From the NCBI GenBank assembly GCA_016178135.1, contig JACOTW010000002.1, positions 13,043 to 77,042 of the forward strand: a stretch of 64,000 nt of DNA, in the 5' to 3' direction. Positions within the stretch are counted from its first letter, which is position 1; every line of letters starts with the position of its first letter. The position numbers and the translations under genes are program-made. Shown here one piece after another: positions 63,893 to 64,000 of the stretch. The stretch comes from Candidatus Saccharimonadota bacterium (lineage in GTDB: Bacteria; Patescibacteriota; Saccharimonadia; Saccharimonadales; JACOTW01). The notes below the pieces were generated by a model. The model did no database searches, was not told where the DNA came from, and worked only from the letters and a program-made list of their open reading frames with translations.

Positions 63893-64000
63893 ATTGGACT
63901 TACGCAAAATCGTCCGTTCCCAGGCTAAATCAGCTCGAGTTGGGAGTGGTTTGGCTACATCGAGAGAAGACAGACCGCTACCAGCCGAGATTAGTTGGTC
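63893..64000 (+). repeat. Type B palindromic element, copy 14 (centre deleted, truncated by the window edge)
   Basis: Runs ATTGGACTTACGCAAAATCGTCCGTTCCCAGGCTAAATCAGCTCGAGTTGGGAGTGGTTTGGCTACATCGAGAGAAGACAGACCGC... Confidence 0.85.

Noticed and set aside
6666-64000. The dispersed ~160-bp repeats might have been a CRISPR array or another regularly spaced array.
   Set aside because: The copies are 113-198 bp long and internally palindromic. They occur on both strands and are irregularly spaced, several kb apart, often inside genes. There is no short direct-repeat/spacer periodicity and no cas genes in the window.

Overview
The window looks like a compact, tightly packed bacterial chromosome segment. 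My guess is a reduced-genome Patescibacteria/CPR organism, probably Saccharibacteria-like. That guess rests only on gene content (a type IV pilus supercluster, a CarS-like lipid gene, very short intergenic spacers and no biosynthetic operons) and was not tested by any search.

Content from left to right:
- **851-2701:** a three-gene CDP-lipid operon (CarS-like, PHP phosphoesterase, CDP-alcohol phosphatidyltransferase).
- **2750-18764:** housekeeping genes, including argS, mscL, orn, dnaG-rpoD, rpsO-pnp, a family-4 UDG and rnj.
- **19016-29216:** a defence island of about 10 kb. It holds RadC, DUF3800 and a type I R-M system with two hsdS genes, with a Shedu-like DUF4263 nuclease wedged between hsdM and hsdS. 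A YgjP-like metallohydrolase and a stand-alone FtsK-gamma domain gene follow.
- **29503-38159:** ftsK, rpsF-X-rpsR-ssb, efp, a tlyA-like gene and ychF.
- **38424-43660:** a surface-protein locus with a perfect 30-bp tandem repeat.
- **43817-56666:** a complete type IV pilus cluster (pilM, N, O, B, T, C, A, D plus four pilin-like genes).
- **56855-59038:** a XerC/D-type tyrosine recombinase interrupted by a 423-aa LAGLIDADG intein at its catalytic box.
- **59273-63879:** ndk and four tRNAs (Arg-CCT, Asp-GTC, Thr-CGT, Gly-CCC).

The most striking non-genic signal is a family of about 160-bp imperfect palindromic elements with termini TACTGGACTTACGCAAAA...TTTTGCGTAAGTCCAGTA.
- There are at least 14 copies in 64 kb, plus related families.
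- In either orientation each copy keeps one reading frame open (LDLRK...LRKSS).
- Copies sit in frame inside tlyA, pilD and two pilin-like genes.
- Element-derived ORFs bridge pilM-pilN and pilT-pilC.
- This behaviour resembles the Rickettsia palindromic elements.

All calls come from reading the sequence and the ORF track. No database search was run.
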